Notes: a model not told the origin generated them from the sequence alone. Shown: positions 49,737-59,636, counted from the stretch's first letter. The stretch is 64,000 bases of DNA from Candidatus Latescibacterota bacterium (GCA_965261395.1 OZ253462.1:4064001-4128000), one strand, 5' to 3'. Made by a program: numbers and translations.

Positions 49737-50931
49737 CTCCCAAGACGCCGAGGAAGCCCTCGGAGTCGCGGTGATCAAAGTCGCCGATGGCCTCCATGGA
49801 AGCGGTATCCTCGCTGTAGAGCGAGTGGGGAGCGTCGCTGGCTGCGCAAAAGGCGACGTGGCCCTTGTAGAGCGAGACAGAGATGGTGCCAGTCGCCAAT
49901 TGATTAAAATGCTCGATGACCTTCCAGCTCGCCTGGGTCGCCGTGTCAAACCAATAGCCTTGGTAGATTTGCTCGGCAATAAACTCGGAGGCAAAGGTGA
50001 AGATCCGCCGTGCACGGCGGTCGAGAATGAGCTGGAGCAAGTAATCGTAGCACTGGCCGAGTAGCTCTAGGGCCGGTGCCTCATAGACGCCGCGCGACTT
50101 GATGCCAACGAAGCGATTTTCCACTGCGTGTAAGCCAATGCCGACGCCGTGTTGCCCGGCGATGGCGTTGCTCTGCTCGATGGCCTCGACCGGGCCGACG
50201 GCACGGCCATTGATGGAGATCGGGACGCCTCGTTCAAAGCGCACGGTGAAAACCTCTGCTGCATCCGGGGCTTGCTGCGGGAAACAGCCCATGCCGGGCG
50301 CGATCAGGCTAGACGCGGTGTCTAAGGCTTCGAGTTGGCCGGCTTCGTGCGTCAGCCCGAGCATGTTGGCATCCGTGGAGTAGGGCTTGTCCGGGGTGGC
50401 GGTTATGGGCAGGCCATGCCCCTGACAGTAAGCGATCATTTCGCTGCGTCCGCCAAAATTTTGCAAGAAGGCCGGGTCGCGCCAGGGAGCGTACACCTCG
50501 ATGTGGGGCGCGAGCATCTGCGCCGCTAGTTGGAAGCGGACTTGGTCGTTGCCGCGCCCGGTGGCCCCGTGCGCCATCACTTGGATGCCGCGCTCCTGCA
50601 TATGGGGCAACATACCGGCCACCGTCACGTGTCGGGCGATGCCAGTGGTGTTCCAATAGCCCCCCTCGTAGCGGGCTTGAGATTGGACGAGTTGGATGCC
50701 GGCTTGGCAAATAGCCTCTCTGCGGTCGTCGAGGATCATCTCAGTGGCCCCACAGGCCTGCATCCGGCTGCGTATGTCTTCGATGCGCTCTTCGTCGGGC
50801 TGGCCCAGATCGGCGGTATAGGCGACGACCTCTAGGCCTTGGGATTGAAGCCAATGAGTGATGGTACAGCTATCGAGGCCACCGGACGCGGCTAGCAAGA
50901 TCTTCTGGCCCTTTAGATCTGCGATATTCAT
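49672..50931 (-). CDS. argG: Argininosuccinate synthase
   Basis: ASGGLDS, HGATGRGNDQVRF, YSTDANM, ENRFVGIKSRGVYEAP. Confidence 0.95.
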   Translation of the reverse strand: MNIADLKGQKILLAASGGLDSCTITHWLQSQGLEVVAYTADLGQPDEERIEDIRSRMQACGATEMILDDRREAICQAGIQLVQSQARYEGGYWNTTGIARHVTVAGMLPHMQERGIQVMAHGATGRGNDQVRFQLAAQMLAPHIEVYAPWRDPAFLQNFGGRSEMIAYCQGHGLPITATPDKPYSTDANMLGLTHEAGQLEALDTASSLIAPGMGCFPQQAPDAAEVFTVRFERGVPISINGRAVGPVEAIEQSNAIAGQHGVGIGLHAVENRFVGIKSRGVYEAPALELLGQCYDYLLQLILDRRARRIFTFASEFIAEQIYQGYWFDTATQASWKVIEHFNQLATGTISVSLYKGHVAFCAASDAPHSLYSEDTASMEAIGDFDHRDSEGFLGVLGVSARALHQAGQIAQPNGDIEA

Positions 50932-50964
50932 GGTTGCTCCTTTTGTGAGTAAAGAAAATAATAT

Positions 50965-51002
50965 AATAAATAAAAATTCTTAATCAAGAATAATTATTAC
51001 TA
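50965..51002. promoter_or_regulatory. Tandem ARG-box-like operators upstream of argG
   Basis: taaataaaaattct and agaataattattac match TGAATWWWWATTCA at 12/14 and 11/14, starts 20 bp apart. Confidence 0.55.
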
Positions 51003-51029
51003 AATGTGGCAGGTAAGCCATGCTTTATC

Positions 51030-51058
51030 TTGACAGTTTTCACCCGCGAGAATATCAT
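51030..51058 (+). promoter_or_regulatory. Sigma-70 promoter, probably giving leaderless mRNA
   Basis: TTGACA-17-TATCAT with ATG 7 nt downstream and no SD. Confidence 0.6.
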
Positions 51059-51064
51059 TAGCAA

Positions 51065-51937
51065 ATGCTCATTGACGCGCATAATCACCCCAATTGGCAT
51101 GGGTTTAACGCCGCCAAAATCCTGCGCAACATGGACGAGCAGGGCATCGACCAGATGTGGCTTTTCTCGTGGGAGGTCCCTGCAGATGAATACTCGCCTT
51201 CGTATCACTCGGTGTTGCCCCCTACGGGCTTGGGGATTCCCTTCGAAGATGTGCTGGCCGTCGGCAGAGAAGCGCCCGAGCGCTTTGTCCTCGGCTATAT
51301 GCCTCATCCCAAGCGGCCCGACGCCATAGATCGGCTCAAGGCCGCGGTCGAAATCCACGGTGTGCAGGTGGCCTCTGAGCTGAAGGTGCGCCTACCGTTT
51401 GACGATCCAGATGCGCTGCGCCTATACGAAGCTTGTGGCGCAATGCGCTTGCCCATCACGATCCATCTCGACTATCCAATCGACCACGGCCGCGGCGATT
51501 ACCCGCGCCCCAACTGGTGGTACGGCGGCAGCCTTGACGCGCTTGAACGCGCGGTGGTGGCCTGTCCGCAGACGGTCTTCATCGGCCATGCCCCTGGGTT
51601 CTGGGCCCATATTTCCGGGGACAATCGCTACGCCACGGAGAGCTACCCGAGCGGCCCGGTGCTGCCGAATGGGCGCTTAGCCCCAATGATGCGCCAGTAC
51701 CGCAACCTATATGCCGATCTGTCGGCCGGGTCGGGGTTGCGCGCGCTGCAAAGGGATCGGGACTTCGGGCGCGATTTTCTCCTCGAATTTCAGGACAAAT
51801 TGCTCTTTGGTCGGGACTATTTTGACACCCAGTTGATGGATTTTCTGCGCTCTTTTGAGCTGCCTGCGGAAGCCTTTGACAAGATCGCCTACCAAAACGC
51901 CCAGCGCCTCTTGTCTTCCTACTTAGACGCGCCGTGA
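51065..51937 (+). CDS. Amidohydrolase_2 family protein
   Basis: IDAHNH, PITIH, FIGHA, LLFGRD. Confidence 0.85.
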   Translation: MLIDAHNHPNWHGFNAAKILRNMDEQGIDQMWLFSWEVPADEYSPSYHSVLPPTGLGIPFEDVLAVGREAPERFVLGYMPHPKRPDAIDRLKAAVEIHGVQVASELKVRLPFDDPDALRLYEACGAMRLPITIHLDYPIDHGRGDYPRPNWWYGGSLDALERAVVACPQTVFIGHAPGFWAHISGDNRYATESYPSGPVLPNGRLAPMMRQYRNLYADLSAGSGLRALQRDRDFGRDFLLEFQDKLLFGRDYFDTQLMDFLRSFELPAEAFDKIAYQNAQRLLSSYLDAP

Positions 51938-51958
51938 AGACGGCCGAGAGCTAAAATC

Positions 51959-52945
51959 ATGGGGGTATGGGAGGCCGCGGGCCTGATGGTCCTATCCTTC
52001 GCGGCGTTGGCCAAATGTGCCGACTATCTGGTGGAGGGAGCCATTGATATTGCGCGCTACCTCCGCGCCCCGCCGATCTTGATCGGCATCGTCATCGTCG
52101 GCATCGGCACTACCGCGCCCGAATTGGCGGTCTCCGTGACCGCCGCCCTTGGGGACAAACCCGAAGTGGCGCTGGGCAATGCCGTGGGGTCGGTCATTTA
52201 CGACGATGGCTTGGCCCTGCCCATGGCCGCGCTTTTTGCCACCGGAGCCATTGCCATCGATCGCGTCGTGCTGCGCTCGGCGGCGATTTTTCTCATCACC
52301 GTAGATCTGGTGGCTTGGTACATGGCCTCCGACGGGACGCTGGCTCGGGTAGAAGGCGGCGCGTTAGTGGGCCTTTTCGTCTTATATCTAATCTACTCGT
52401 TCTGGGAGCAGAAGCGCCAGCCGCGTGCCGAGACCGACGAGGATGAGGTCCCCCCCCGCAGCCTCTGGATGGTAGCGGCGCTATTCGTCGTCGGTTTGGC
52501 TGGCGTGGTTGTCAGCAGCCACTTTATCGTCAAGGCGACCCCGGTAGTGGCGTTGGCGTTGGGTCTGCCAGATGTGGTCATCGGCTTGGTGGTCGTGGCC
52601 TTGGGCACTTCGATCCCCGAGATCGCCACCTGCATTGCCGCCGCCCGCAAGGGCCAAGGGGCTTTGGCAGTGGGCAACATCCTCGGGGCCGACATCCTCA
52701 ATATCTGCTGGATCGCCGGCGCCTCGGCCTTGGCCAATCCGCTGGTGGTTCCGGCCGATGTGGTCAATTTCATGTTCCCGTGGATGCTGGTTATCGTGCT
52801 GGCGATGCTCGGGTTGATGCGCTTTGGCCACGAGTTAAATCGCTGGAAGGGCTTGGCGTTGTTGGTGTTGTGCATTGCTTATTTGATCGCGCTTTTCGCG
52901 AATAACCCCGGTGCGTTGGCTCCGGGCATTGAAAAAGGAGTGTAG
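51959..52945 (+). CDS. Calcium/sodium antiporter (CaCA, YrbG-like)
   Basis: GTTAPE..GNAVGS and GTSIPE..GNILGA alpha repeats. Confidence 0.9.
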   Translation: MGVWEAAGLMVLSFAALAKCADYLVEGAIDIARYLRAPPILIGIVIVGIGTTAPELAVSVTAALGDKPEVALGNAVGSVIYDDGLALPMAALFATGAIAIDRVVLRSAAIFLITVDLVAWYMASDGTLARVEGGALVGLFVLYLIYSFWEQKRQPRAETDEDEVPPRSLWMVAALFVVGLAGVVVSSHFIVKATPVVALALGLPDVVIGLVVVALGTSIPEIATCIAAARKGQGALAVGNILGADILNICWIAGASALANPLVVPADVVNFMFPWMLVIVLAMLGLMRFGHELNRWKGLALLVLCIAYLIALFANNPGALAPGIEKGV

Positions 52946-52946
52946 T

Positions 52947-53717
52947 TTGGATCTAGGACTCAAAGATAAAGTCGCCTTGGTTACTGGAGCTAGCCGCGGC
53001 ATTGGCAAGCGCATTGCCGCAGCCTTGGCCGCCGAAGGTGCCCGGCTCTGTATCTGCGCCCGAGGGGCCGACGTGCTAGAGGAAACGGCCGCCGACTTAG
53101 CAGGTCGCGGCGCGGAGGTGGAGGCCACCGCGCAAGATATGACGACGCCCGAGGGGGCAGTCGCGGTGGTGCAGGCGGCGCAGGAGCGCTTTGGCCGGCT
53201 CGACGTCCTCGTAAACAACGTTGGCGGCTCCAAGTGGACGCCCTTTGTCGAGATCGACGACGAGGAGTGGAATACGATCGTCAACTGGAGCTTTCTTTCT
53301 GCTGTGCGGGTGAGTCGTGCGGCCATTCCGGTGATGGAAGCGGGGGGGGGCGGCAGCATCGTCAATATCGCCTCGATTTTTGGGCGCGAGAGCGGCGGGC
53401 CGGTTTCTTATAACGCGGCTAAGGCGGCGATGATCAGCATGGGAGCCAACCTAGCCATTGAAGCGGCCAAAAAGAACATCCGCGTCAATACCGTGGCTCC
53501 GGGCTCCGTTCTCTTTCCCGGGGGGAGTTGGGAGCGGCGGATGAAGGAAAATCCAGCGCAAATCCAGGCCTTTATCGACGCCAATATACCCTTTGGCCGC
53601 TTTGGCACCCCGGAGGAGGTCGCCGATGTAGTGGCCTTCTTGGCGTCTGACCGGGCGCAATGGGTGACCGGTGCCTGCATCAATGTCGATGGGGGACAAT
53701 CCAAGTCCAATATATGA
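52947..53717 (+). CDS. SDR family oxidoreductase
   Basis: TGASRGIG, NNVG, YNAAK, VDGG. Confidence 0.92.
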   Translation: MDLGLKDKVALVTGASRGIGKRIAAALAAEGARLCICARGADVLEETAADLAGRGAEVEATAQDMTTPEGAVAVVQAAQERFGRLDVLVNNVGGSKWTPFVEIDDEEWNTIVNWSFLSAVRVSRAAIPVMEAGGGGSIVNIASIFGRESGGPVSYNAAKAAMISMGANLAIEAAKKNIRVNTVAPGSVLFPGGSWERRMKENPAQIQAFIDANIPFGRFGTPEEVADVVAFLASDRAQWVTGACINVDGGQSKSNI

Positions 53718-53718
53718 T

Positions 53719-54933
53719 ATGAGCGGCTCTGCGCGATGGATGCATTGGTTGACTTGGGCCGCGTGCGGGGTCGGCTGGGCCGCGGCCGCCGCGGCCGATG
53801 ACGTGGTGGCACTCAGACAACAGTACAATCAGGTGTCCGCCAGCATCGACACCTTGGTCCGCCTCTATGGGGGGGATAAGCTGCGCGAATTGGCAAAGCG
53901 AAAAGAAAACAACCGGCTATTGCCGGCCAACTCCAAACTAGTACTGATTTTCTGGGCCGACGACGAAGCCGAGCTCTATCTCAATGGGCACCGGATCGGG
54001 GAGACGCGCTTGACCCCGACTCGAGTCGAAATCCCCGTCGTGTACCTACGGGAGTCCAATGTCCTGCGCGCCCATTGCTGGGACACCGACCGAGTCGAGA
54101 GCGGCTTTATGGCCGGTTTGTACCTGCAAGATGGTCGTGGCCGCTTGCGCAAGGTGCTGGCTACCGGCGACGGCCGCTGGTGGGTGGCCGGCCAGCGGGC
54201 CGAGCCGCGTTTTTACAACCACAGCCTGCCCGACATTCCCGGGGCCGAGGTCATCTGGGGGACGGCGCTTTTTGGTGAGGTCGAATTAGAGGCCCGCTTT
54301 GACGCCGCGCAATTGGCCCGAGCTGCGCGCCGCCGCCCGCTCTCCGGCGAGGCCGGTGCTACGCGACACCAGCCCCAGCCTATGGAGACGCATATGGTCG
54401 TCAGCCGTCTGGTGCATCTGCAAAAGCAACGCGATGAATTGGCGCAAAAACTTCAAGCTCGCCGCAGCGCGACACAGGACGTGCTTTATCAGGGGTTTGT
54501 CCGTGGGCGGCTGGCTTTTTCTCTCGGGAAAGCGAGTAGATTGGCCGAAGTCGAAAGCATAGACACGGCGCAAAAACTGCTCGCTTGGACCGAGGAACTG
54601 CCCGCCGCGCAACGCGAGTTGGTTTTCCCGAAAAAACAGGCTCTCAAGGGTGCGAGCCACGTCGTGCCGCAGCGCGCCTTGACCGGTGCAGCGAGTGGGG
54701 AAGCAGACCGCCGCCGAGACTACGCGCCCCCGGCCGTAAGCGGCTCAGCCAAAGGTGAGGGCCGCTCTACGGGATCGGGGGGGGTGGGTGTACAGGAATC
54801 GTCCGCTCGGGGTATCCGCGTCGGCCTCAGCGCGCCGTGGGAACTATGGGGGATTGCGGCCGGCTTGCTGTTCTATCTGGGGGTGGTAAGTCGGCAGTGG
54901 TGGAAGCTCTTCAGCGCGAAGGAATGGACCTAG
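53719..54933 (+). CDS. Exported, C-terminally anchored protein with beta-sandwich (carbohydrate-binding-like) domain
   Basis: Signal-like N-terminus, ADDEAELYLNG..IG..L....NVL motif, C-terminal TM. Confidence 0.55.
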   Translation: MSGSARWMHWLTWAACGVGWAAAAAADDVVALRQQYNQVSASIDTLVRLYGGDKLRELAKRKENNRLLPANSKLVLIFWADDEAELYLNGHRIGETRLTPTRVEIPVVYLRESNVLRAHCWDTDRVESGFMAGLYLQDGRGRLRKVLATGDGRWWVAGQRAEPRFYNHSLPDIPGAEVIWGTALFGEVELEARFDAAQLARAARRRPLSGEAGATRHQPQPMETHMVVSRLVHLQKQRDELAQKLQARRSATQDVLYQGFVRGRLAFSLGKASRLAEVESIDTAQKLLAWTEELPAAQRELVFPKKQALKGASHVVPQRALTGAASGEADRRRDYAPPAVSGSAKGEGRSTGSGGVGVQESSARGIRVGLSAPWELWGIAAGLLFYLGVVSRQWWKLFSAKEWT

Positions 54934-54936
54934 GGA

Positions 54937-55722
54937 ATGGGCCTTTTGAACGACGAATTAGTATTAGTCAGCAGCATCCTGTTGGTGCTGGCTGGTGGAA
55001 TCAGCGTTAGCTGCTTGCATTTGCGACGAGCCCGGCGCATGCGCCGGCACGACGCAACGTACTCTCTGTACTCGCCTCGCTTGCAGCTCATCGGCAGCGG
55101 CATGGGCGCGCTGACCGGGTTTACCGTCGGGGCGCTGGTTGCTTATTACCTATTTATCAATCCGCAGCCGGCCAGTGTCTTTGCGTGGATTGGCCGCTTC
55201 TCATACGTGCTGATCGCTTGGGCGGCTGGCGGCCATCTGTTGAGCTTGGCATACATTAATTTGCATCTTCGTCGCGAGGAACGGGCTTGGAATCGGGGAG
55301 GAGGTCCCGGCCCTAATACCTTGGGCCGCAGGAGAATGGAGAATCTAGCAGAGTTGCAGCGTCAACCCGGCAACTACAGTGACCGCAAGAGCAGGGACGA
55401 GGAGTTGGTGGACGAACTTGTGGGCTTTATCGGCGACCCTTTGACGCACGTGCGCCGCGATCTGGCTAGGATTCCCCTATACGGCTACTTGGGCACGGTC
55501 TGTGGCATTCTGTTGACCGCGCAGGAATTGAGTCAGATCGACGAGGCGACCCAGACCTTTAAGGCACTCAGCGCCATGGCCGAGGGCTTAGTTTTGGCCT
55601 TTAAGACCACGCTCGTCGGCCTTTTGGCCTACTTGCCGCTGCGCAAGATCGCCGATTACTTGGTTCAGCGGCTCGCCCGGCAGGAGGACGCTTGGGTCCG
55701 AGAGAGGAATAGAAGATTGTGA
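54937..55722 (+). CDS. MotA/TolQ/ExbB family proton channel
   Basis: IPLYGYLGTVCGI and GLVLAFKTTLVGL motifs. Confidence 0.8.
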   Translation: MGLLNDELVLVSSILLVLAGGISVSCLHLRRARRMRRHDATYSLYSPRLQLIGSGMGALTGFTVGALVAYYLFINPQPASVFAWIGRFSYVLIAWAAGGHLLSLAYINLHLRREERAWNRGGGPGPNTLGRRRMENLAELQRQPGNYSDRKSRDEELVDELVGFIGDPLTHVRRDLARIPLYGYLGTVCGILLTAQELSQIDEATQTFKALSAMAEGLVLAFKTTLVGLLAYLPLRKIADYLVQRLARQEDAWVRERNRRL

Positions 55723-56138
55723 GCCGCTATCTCAAGCGCCAAGCCGCCGAGTTCGAAGAACACGATATTAGCAAGGAACTCTTCTTGGGGATTATGATGC
55801 TGATGCTGAGCTTGGGTATTATGATTCTCAACGTGACGCAACCGGTCTGGCGGGTACATCGCCACGACCCACAGCATGGGGATCGGGTCGTGCTATACAC
55901 GAGCGCGGGCATGGGGCTGTCGCGCGATGGCTACACCATCTCCAACCCCTTGAGCGAATGGGAGTTCCGCCGGATGGTGCGCCGCCTCGCCGCCGAACCC
56001 GAAGCCAACTTGCACTTATTTCTCAAAGGAGGCAGTCGCGAGCGGCTGGCCAAACACGCGTCGTTTGCCGATTCGCTGCTTTCGACCGACCAAGCCGGAG
56101 AAAAGGTGCGCTCGGCGGTCTATGTCCACACTTGGTGA
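55719..56138 (+). CDS. ExbD/MotB-like single-pass partner protein
   Basis: One N-terminal TM preceded by acidic residues, small alpha/beta C-domain, GTGA overlap with channel gene. Confidence 0.55.
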   Translation: MSRYLKRQAAEFEEHDISKELFLGIMMLMLSLGIMILNVTQPVWRVHRHDPQHGDRVVLYTSAGMGLSRDGYTISNPLSEWEFRRMVRRLAAEPEANLHLFLKGGSRERLAKHASFADSLLSTDQAGEKVRSAVYVHTW

Positions 56139-56146
56139 GGGCCAAG

Positions 56147-56965
56147 CTATTCCTTGAGTATCGCCAAGACGCCCGTGCCACCGGCCAACTCGTTGAGGAA
56201 TGTGACCTGCACTCCAGCTTCGCCGCTCTTCATCTCGTAGTCCTCTCCCTTCCTAAGCTTGCCGTAGTGATCAACGAGGGCCTCGACCTCGCCTGCTAGC
56301 GCGATGGTTTGGCCGATGGGCGCGACTTGGATGCCCGGGCTGTCGCGGCGGATCTGTTTAGCCAACTCGTATTGCTTGCGGAACCCGCTGCCAAAGGGCC
56401 GGTGGGTTTTGAGATAGCCCTGCTCTATGAGCTTCATCTCGTTGGCAGCATAGAGGTACACTGCGTTTTGCGCTGCGGCTTGGGCCTCGTCTAGTTCGGC
56501 CTTGGTCTGGGCCAACTCGTGCTCCAAGCGGCGGATGTGATCGCTCTGGCGGCGGATGCTGCTATGGGTTTCCAGCAGTTCGCCATTGAGGCGGTCGGTC
56601 TCGGCGCGCAACTGGGAAATGGTGTAGCGATCCGCTTGCTTTTCCCTACTTAACTGCTCGATTTCGAGCTTTAACCGCGCATTGCTCTGCTTGTATTCGG
56701 TGGCCAATTTACTCCAGTGCCGCAGTTTTTTATTGAGCTTTTGCACATTTTCGAGCAGCTTGTCGTTGACCTGTTGGGTGCTGTCCACTTGCGCCCGCAT
56801 GTCGTCGAGCAAGCGGTTGGAGTCGTCGAGCGAGTAGGTCAGCGAGTCAATGGCGGCGTTGGCCCGGCCTACGTCGCTTTGCAATTGAAGGAGGAGCATC
56901 TCCTGCTCCTTATTGGTGCAAGAGGCGAGAACCAAGACGATAAAAGGGATGAGGGTGAGTTTCAT
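56147..56965 (-). CDS. Coiled-coil lipoprotein
   Basis: Lipobox LASC, about 150-aa heptad region, globular C-terminus. Confidence 0.7.
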   Translation of the reverse strand: MKLTLIPFIVLVLASCTNKEQEMLLLQLQSDVGRANAAIDSLTYSLDDSNRLLDDMRAQVDSTQQVNDKLLENVQKLNKKLRHWSKLATEYKQSNARLKLEIEQLSREKQADRYTISQLRAETDRLNGELLETHSSIRRQSDHIRRLEHELAQTKAELDEAQAAAQNAVYLYAANEMKLIEQGYLKTHRPFGSGFRKQYELAKQIRRDSPGIQVAPIGQTIALAGEVEALVDHYGKLRKGEDYEMKSGEAGVQVTFLNELAGGTGVLAILKE

Positions 56966-56975
56966 TGTTGGCTCC

Positions 56976-57758
56976 TTAAGGCGTTGGGACAGTACTCATT
57001 GGGGATATTTCCTTGTATAGGCTATCAACTTGTGCCATGGTTTGCTTAAAGTCGTTGGACAGGGCTCTCAGGCTGCGGGCGAGTGCGTCGAGTTTTTGGG
57101 CCGAGAGCGTTTGAGTCTCGCGGGCGGCGGCGATTTTGTCTATGATCGCCTGCTGATTGCGCTGCAAGGTTGCGGTTTGCTCTTGCAGGCGGGTCAACTC
57201 CCTGTTGAGGGGGCCGAACTGCGCCTGCACGCTCGCCAAGGAGCGCTTGTGGGTCTCGGCGAGATTCTGGTAGCGCAGGTCTTCCTGCCCGAAGCGTTCT
57301 TCGAGCTTGCGATCCATGTCGGATTGGTAGCTCAGCCTTGCCTTGCGCTCGGCGTCCGTTTTGTTTTGCAGCGCGTTGTTGTGATCGATTTGGGTCGCTA
57401 GTTGGTTGCGGGTGCGCGTGTGGTGATCTTTTTCGTTTTGTAGGAGGGAGCGGATCTCGAATTCAGAGGCGGTTAGATCGGCTTTTTCCTCTAGCTGGCC
57501 AATGAGCCGGGTGCTCAGCTCGGAGAGGCGATTGGAAAACTCCTCCATTTGCGCCTCTAGCTGATAGCGGTGCTCCTTTTGCCGCTCGTGATTGATAAAG
57601 AGCACCAAGCCCATGACACAGCCAACGACGATGGTGGTGTACGCGGCGAGGATCAGCACGTGTTTGCGCTTGAAGGGGTCCGCGATTCGGAGCAGGCCAA
57701 AAAACCCGCCCCAAACCAAGAGGACGCCTCCTAAAACTGCAGCGATGATGACGTTCAC
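56976..57758 (-). CDS. Two-TM membrane protein with long coiled coil
   Basis: Two N-terminal hydrophobic segments, heptad-rich remainder; GTG start. Confidence 0.65.
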   Translation of the reverse strand: MNVIIAAVLGGVLLVWGGFFGLLRIADPFKRKHVLILAAYTTIVVGCVMGLVLFINHERQKEHRYQLEAQMEEFSNRLSELSTRLIGQLEEKADLTASEFEIRSLLQNEKDHHTRTRNQLATQIDHNNALQNKTDAERKARLSYQSDMDRKLEERFGQEDLRYQNLAETHKRSLASVQAQFGPLNRELTRLQEQTATLQRNQQAIIDKIAAARETQTLSAQKLDALARSLRALSNDFKQTMAQVDSLYKEISPMSTVPTP

Positions 57759-57856
57759 AGGGCCTCAAATTGCGCGATAGACAAATTAAAGAATAGTAAA
57801 TATAAGTATATAAGTAATATAGCAGTCCACGGAGGCGCAACCAGCACGGGAAGGAG

Positions 57857-58912
57857 ATGCTTATGCAGCGGAAAGTTGCAGCTATTGACGGTCGCGGTCA
57901 GGGGGTATGCCTAGAGGAAGCCATGCCTCCACTCGGGCCCGGCGAGGTAAAGGTGCGAGTGGAGGCCTCGTTGATCAGTCCGGGGACCGAGTTGGGAAGG
58001 GTTGGGGCGATGCGTGCAAACCCCCAACCCCACAAAGCACCGCGTCCCTTTGGTTACACCAACGCTGGCGTTGTCGAGGAGGTTGGGGCCGAGGTAGAGC
58101 AATTCGAGGTGGGGCAGGGCGTGGCCTGCATGGGGGGTGGGTATGCCCTGCATGCCGATTGGGCCTGTGTGCCGCAGAACATGTGCGCGGCCATACCCGA
58201 GGGCGTTGGCTTTGCTGAGGCCGCGTCTGTGCATCTGGCGGCGACCGGGTTACACGCAGTGCGCCGCACAGTTCCTTTGTATGGGGAAAATGGGGTCGTC
58301 GTTGGGTTGGGTTTGGTCGGCCAGTTGACGGCCCAATTCGCCCAGCTAAGCGGCTGCCACGTCTTGGGGGTTGATCGCTTTGTGCGCCGTCGAGACATTG
58401 CCCAGCAGGTAGGCATCGAGTGCGTCGTCGATCCGACCGTGCAAGATGTGATCGAGCAGGCCGGGAAATTCACCCGAGGATATGGCATGGATTTCGGCGT
58501 TATTGCCTTTGGCGGCGAGGCTAGCGATGCCTTTGCCACCATCTATCAGAGCCTAAAGCAAGCGCCAGATACGCATCGCATGGGGCGCATTGTCCTCGTG
58601 GGCGGAGCGCAGGTAACGCACGGATTTGGATCCGCGCTGGGCAACGTAGATGTGCGGAGTGCGGCACGCACCGGTCCCGGCTATCACGACCCAGCGTACG
58701 AGCGCGGCCAAGCGTATCCCCAGGTCTTCGTCGAGTGGCCGACGCAGCGCAACCTAGCCGAGTGCCTGCGCGCCATGGCCACCGGGAAGTTGCGCGTCCA
58801 ACCGCTCTATACCCACGAGTTTGCGCTCGAGGAAATCGCCGCGGCCGTAGATGTGCTCGTCGAGTCACCGGCCGAGGCGCTAGGAGTAGTGCTCAAACCG
58901 GCTCACCGGTGA
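57857..58912 (+). CDS. Zinc-binding alcohol dehydrogenase-like (MDR) protein
   Basis: SLISPGTE, FGYTNAGVVEEVG, VGLGLVGQL. Confidence 0.85.
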   Translation: MLMQRKVAAIDGRGQGVCLEEAMPPLGPGEVKVRVEASLISPGTELGRVGAMRANPQPHKAPRPFGYTNAGVVEEVGAEVEQFEVGQGVACMGGGYALHADWACVPQNMCAAIPEGVGFAEAASVHLAATGLHAVRRTVPLYGENGVVVGLGLVGQLTAQFAQLSGCHVLGVDRFVRRRDIAQQVGIECVVDPTVQDVIEQAGKFTRGYGMDFGVIAFGGEASDAFATIYQSLKQAPDTHRMGRIVLVGGAQVTHGFGSALGNVDVRSAARTGPGYHDPAYERGQAYPQVFVEWPTQRNLAECLRAMATGKLRVQPLYTHEFALEEIAAAVDVLVESPAEALGVVLKPAHR

Positions 58913-59636
58913 CGAGGTTGCGCTTGCCCTCTGGAGAGAAGGTCACCGGCGGCAGGTCAATCTCCTCGCCGGTGATCATTTGCTCCAGCAGAGCGGTGAC
59001 CCCGTCCACGGCTGGCCCCACTAGGGCTTCGCCCTTGGCGCGCGTGCCCAAGGCGGCGGCCGGGTTGTCGATGGCTCCGGTCTGCACGCGCTCCGGCGCT
59101 AAATAGAGCATGGTCGAGGTCTCGAATTCGTCGGCGTGTCCAGGTAGGCGTCCCCGCTCCATGTGTTGCTGCACGTAGTCGGGGTCATATACGTCCCAAT
59201 AGGACTGGAAGCGGAGATTGACGCCGAGTTTGTCCCGGTATTCGTCGATGCGGCGCATCATGGGTTTGACGTTGCCGCCGTGGCCGTTGAGCACCAAGAT
59301 GTTCTCAAGACCAGCCCGCACGAGCGAATGGCAGACGTCGAAGACGTATTCGCAGAAAATTTCCGGCCGTACGGTCAGGGTGCCGATGTGCTCCATCCAG
59401 TGCTCGGAAACGCCGATACCCACTGGTGTGGCCACCACCACTTGGGGCAGGAGCTTTTTGGCCGCGTGCTCGGCCATATAGCTGGCGTGGAAGGTGTCGT
59501 GGATCATGTGCAGGTGTTCGTTGTGCTGTTCGGTGGCGGCCGTGGGCACGATGGCGGCCTTGATTGTACCCGCTTGGATGCGCTCGCGGAATTCCTTGCG
59601 GGTCAGGTCGCCAATAAAGACGCGTTCGTCGGCCAT
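58893..59636 (-). CDS. Creatininase family protein
   Basis: ATEQHNEHL..D, LNGHGGN, HADEFETS; AAGGAG SD. Confidence 0.9.
   Translation of the reverse strand: MADERVFIGDLTRKEFRERIQAGTIKAAIVPTAATEQHNEHLHMIHDTFHASYMAEHAAKKLLPQVVVATPVGIGVSEHWMEHIGTLTVRPEIFCEYVFDVCHSLVRAGLENILVLNGHGGNVKPMMRRIDEYRDKLGVNLRFQSYWDVYDPDYVQQHMERGRLPGHADEFETSTMLYLAPERVQTGAIDNPAAALGTRAKGEALVGPAVDGVTALLEQMITGEEIDLPPVTFSPEGKRNLVTGEPV

Noticed and set aside
53719-56138. Zorya system or flagellar stator
   Set aside because: No long ZorA tail, no OmpA-like domain in the partner, no ZorC/D/E or flagellar genes nearby
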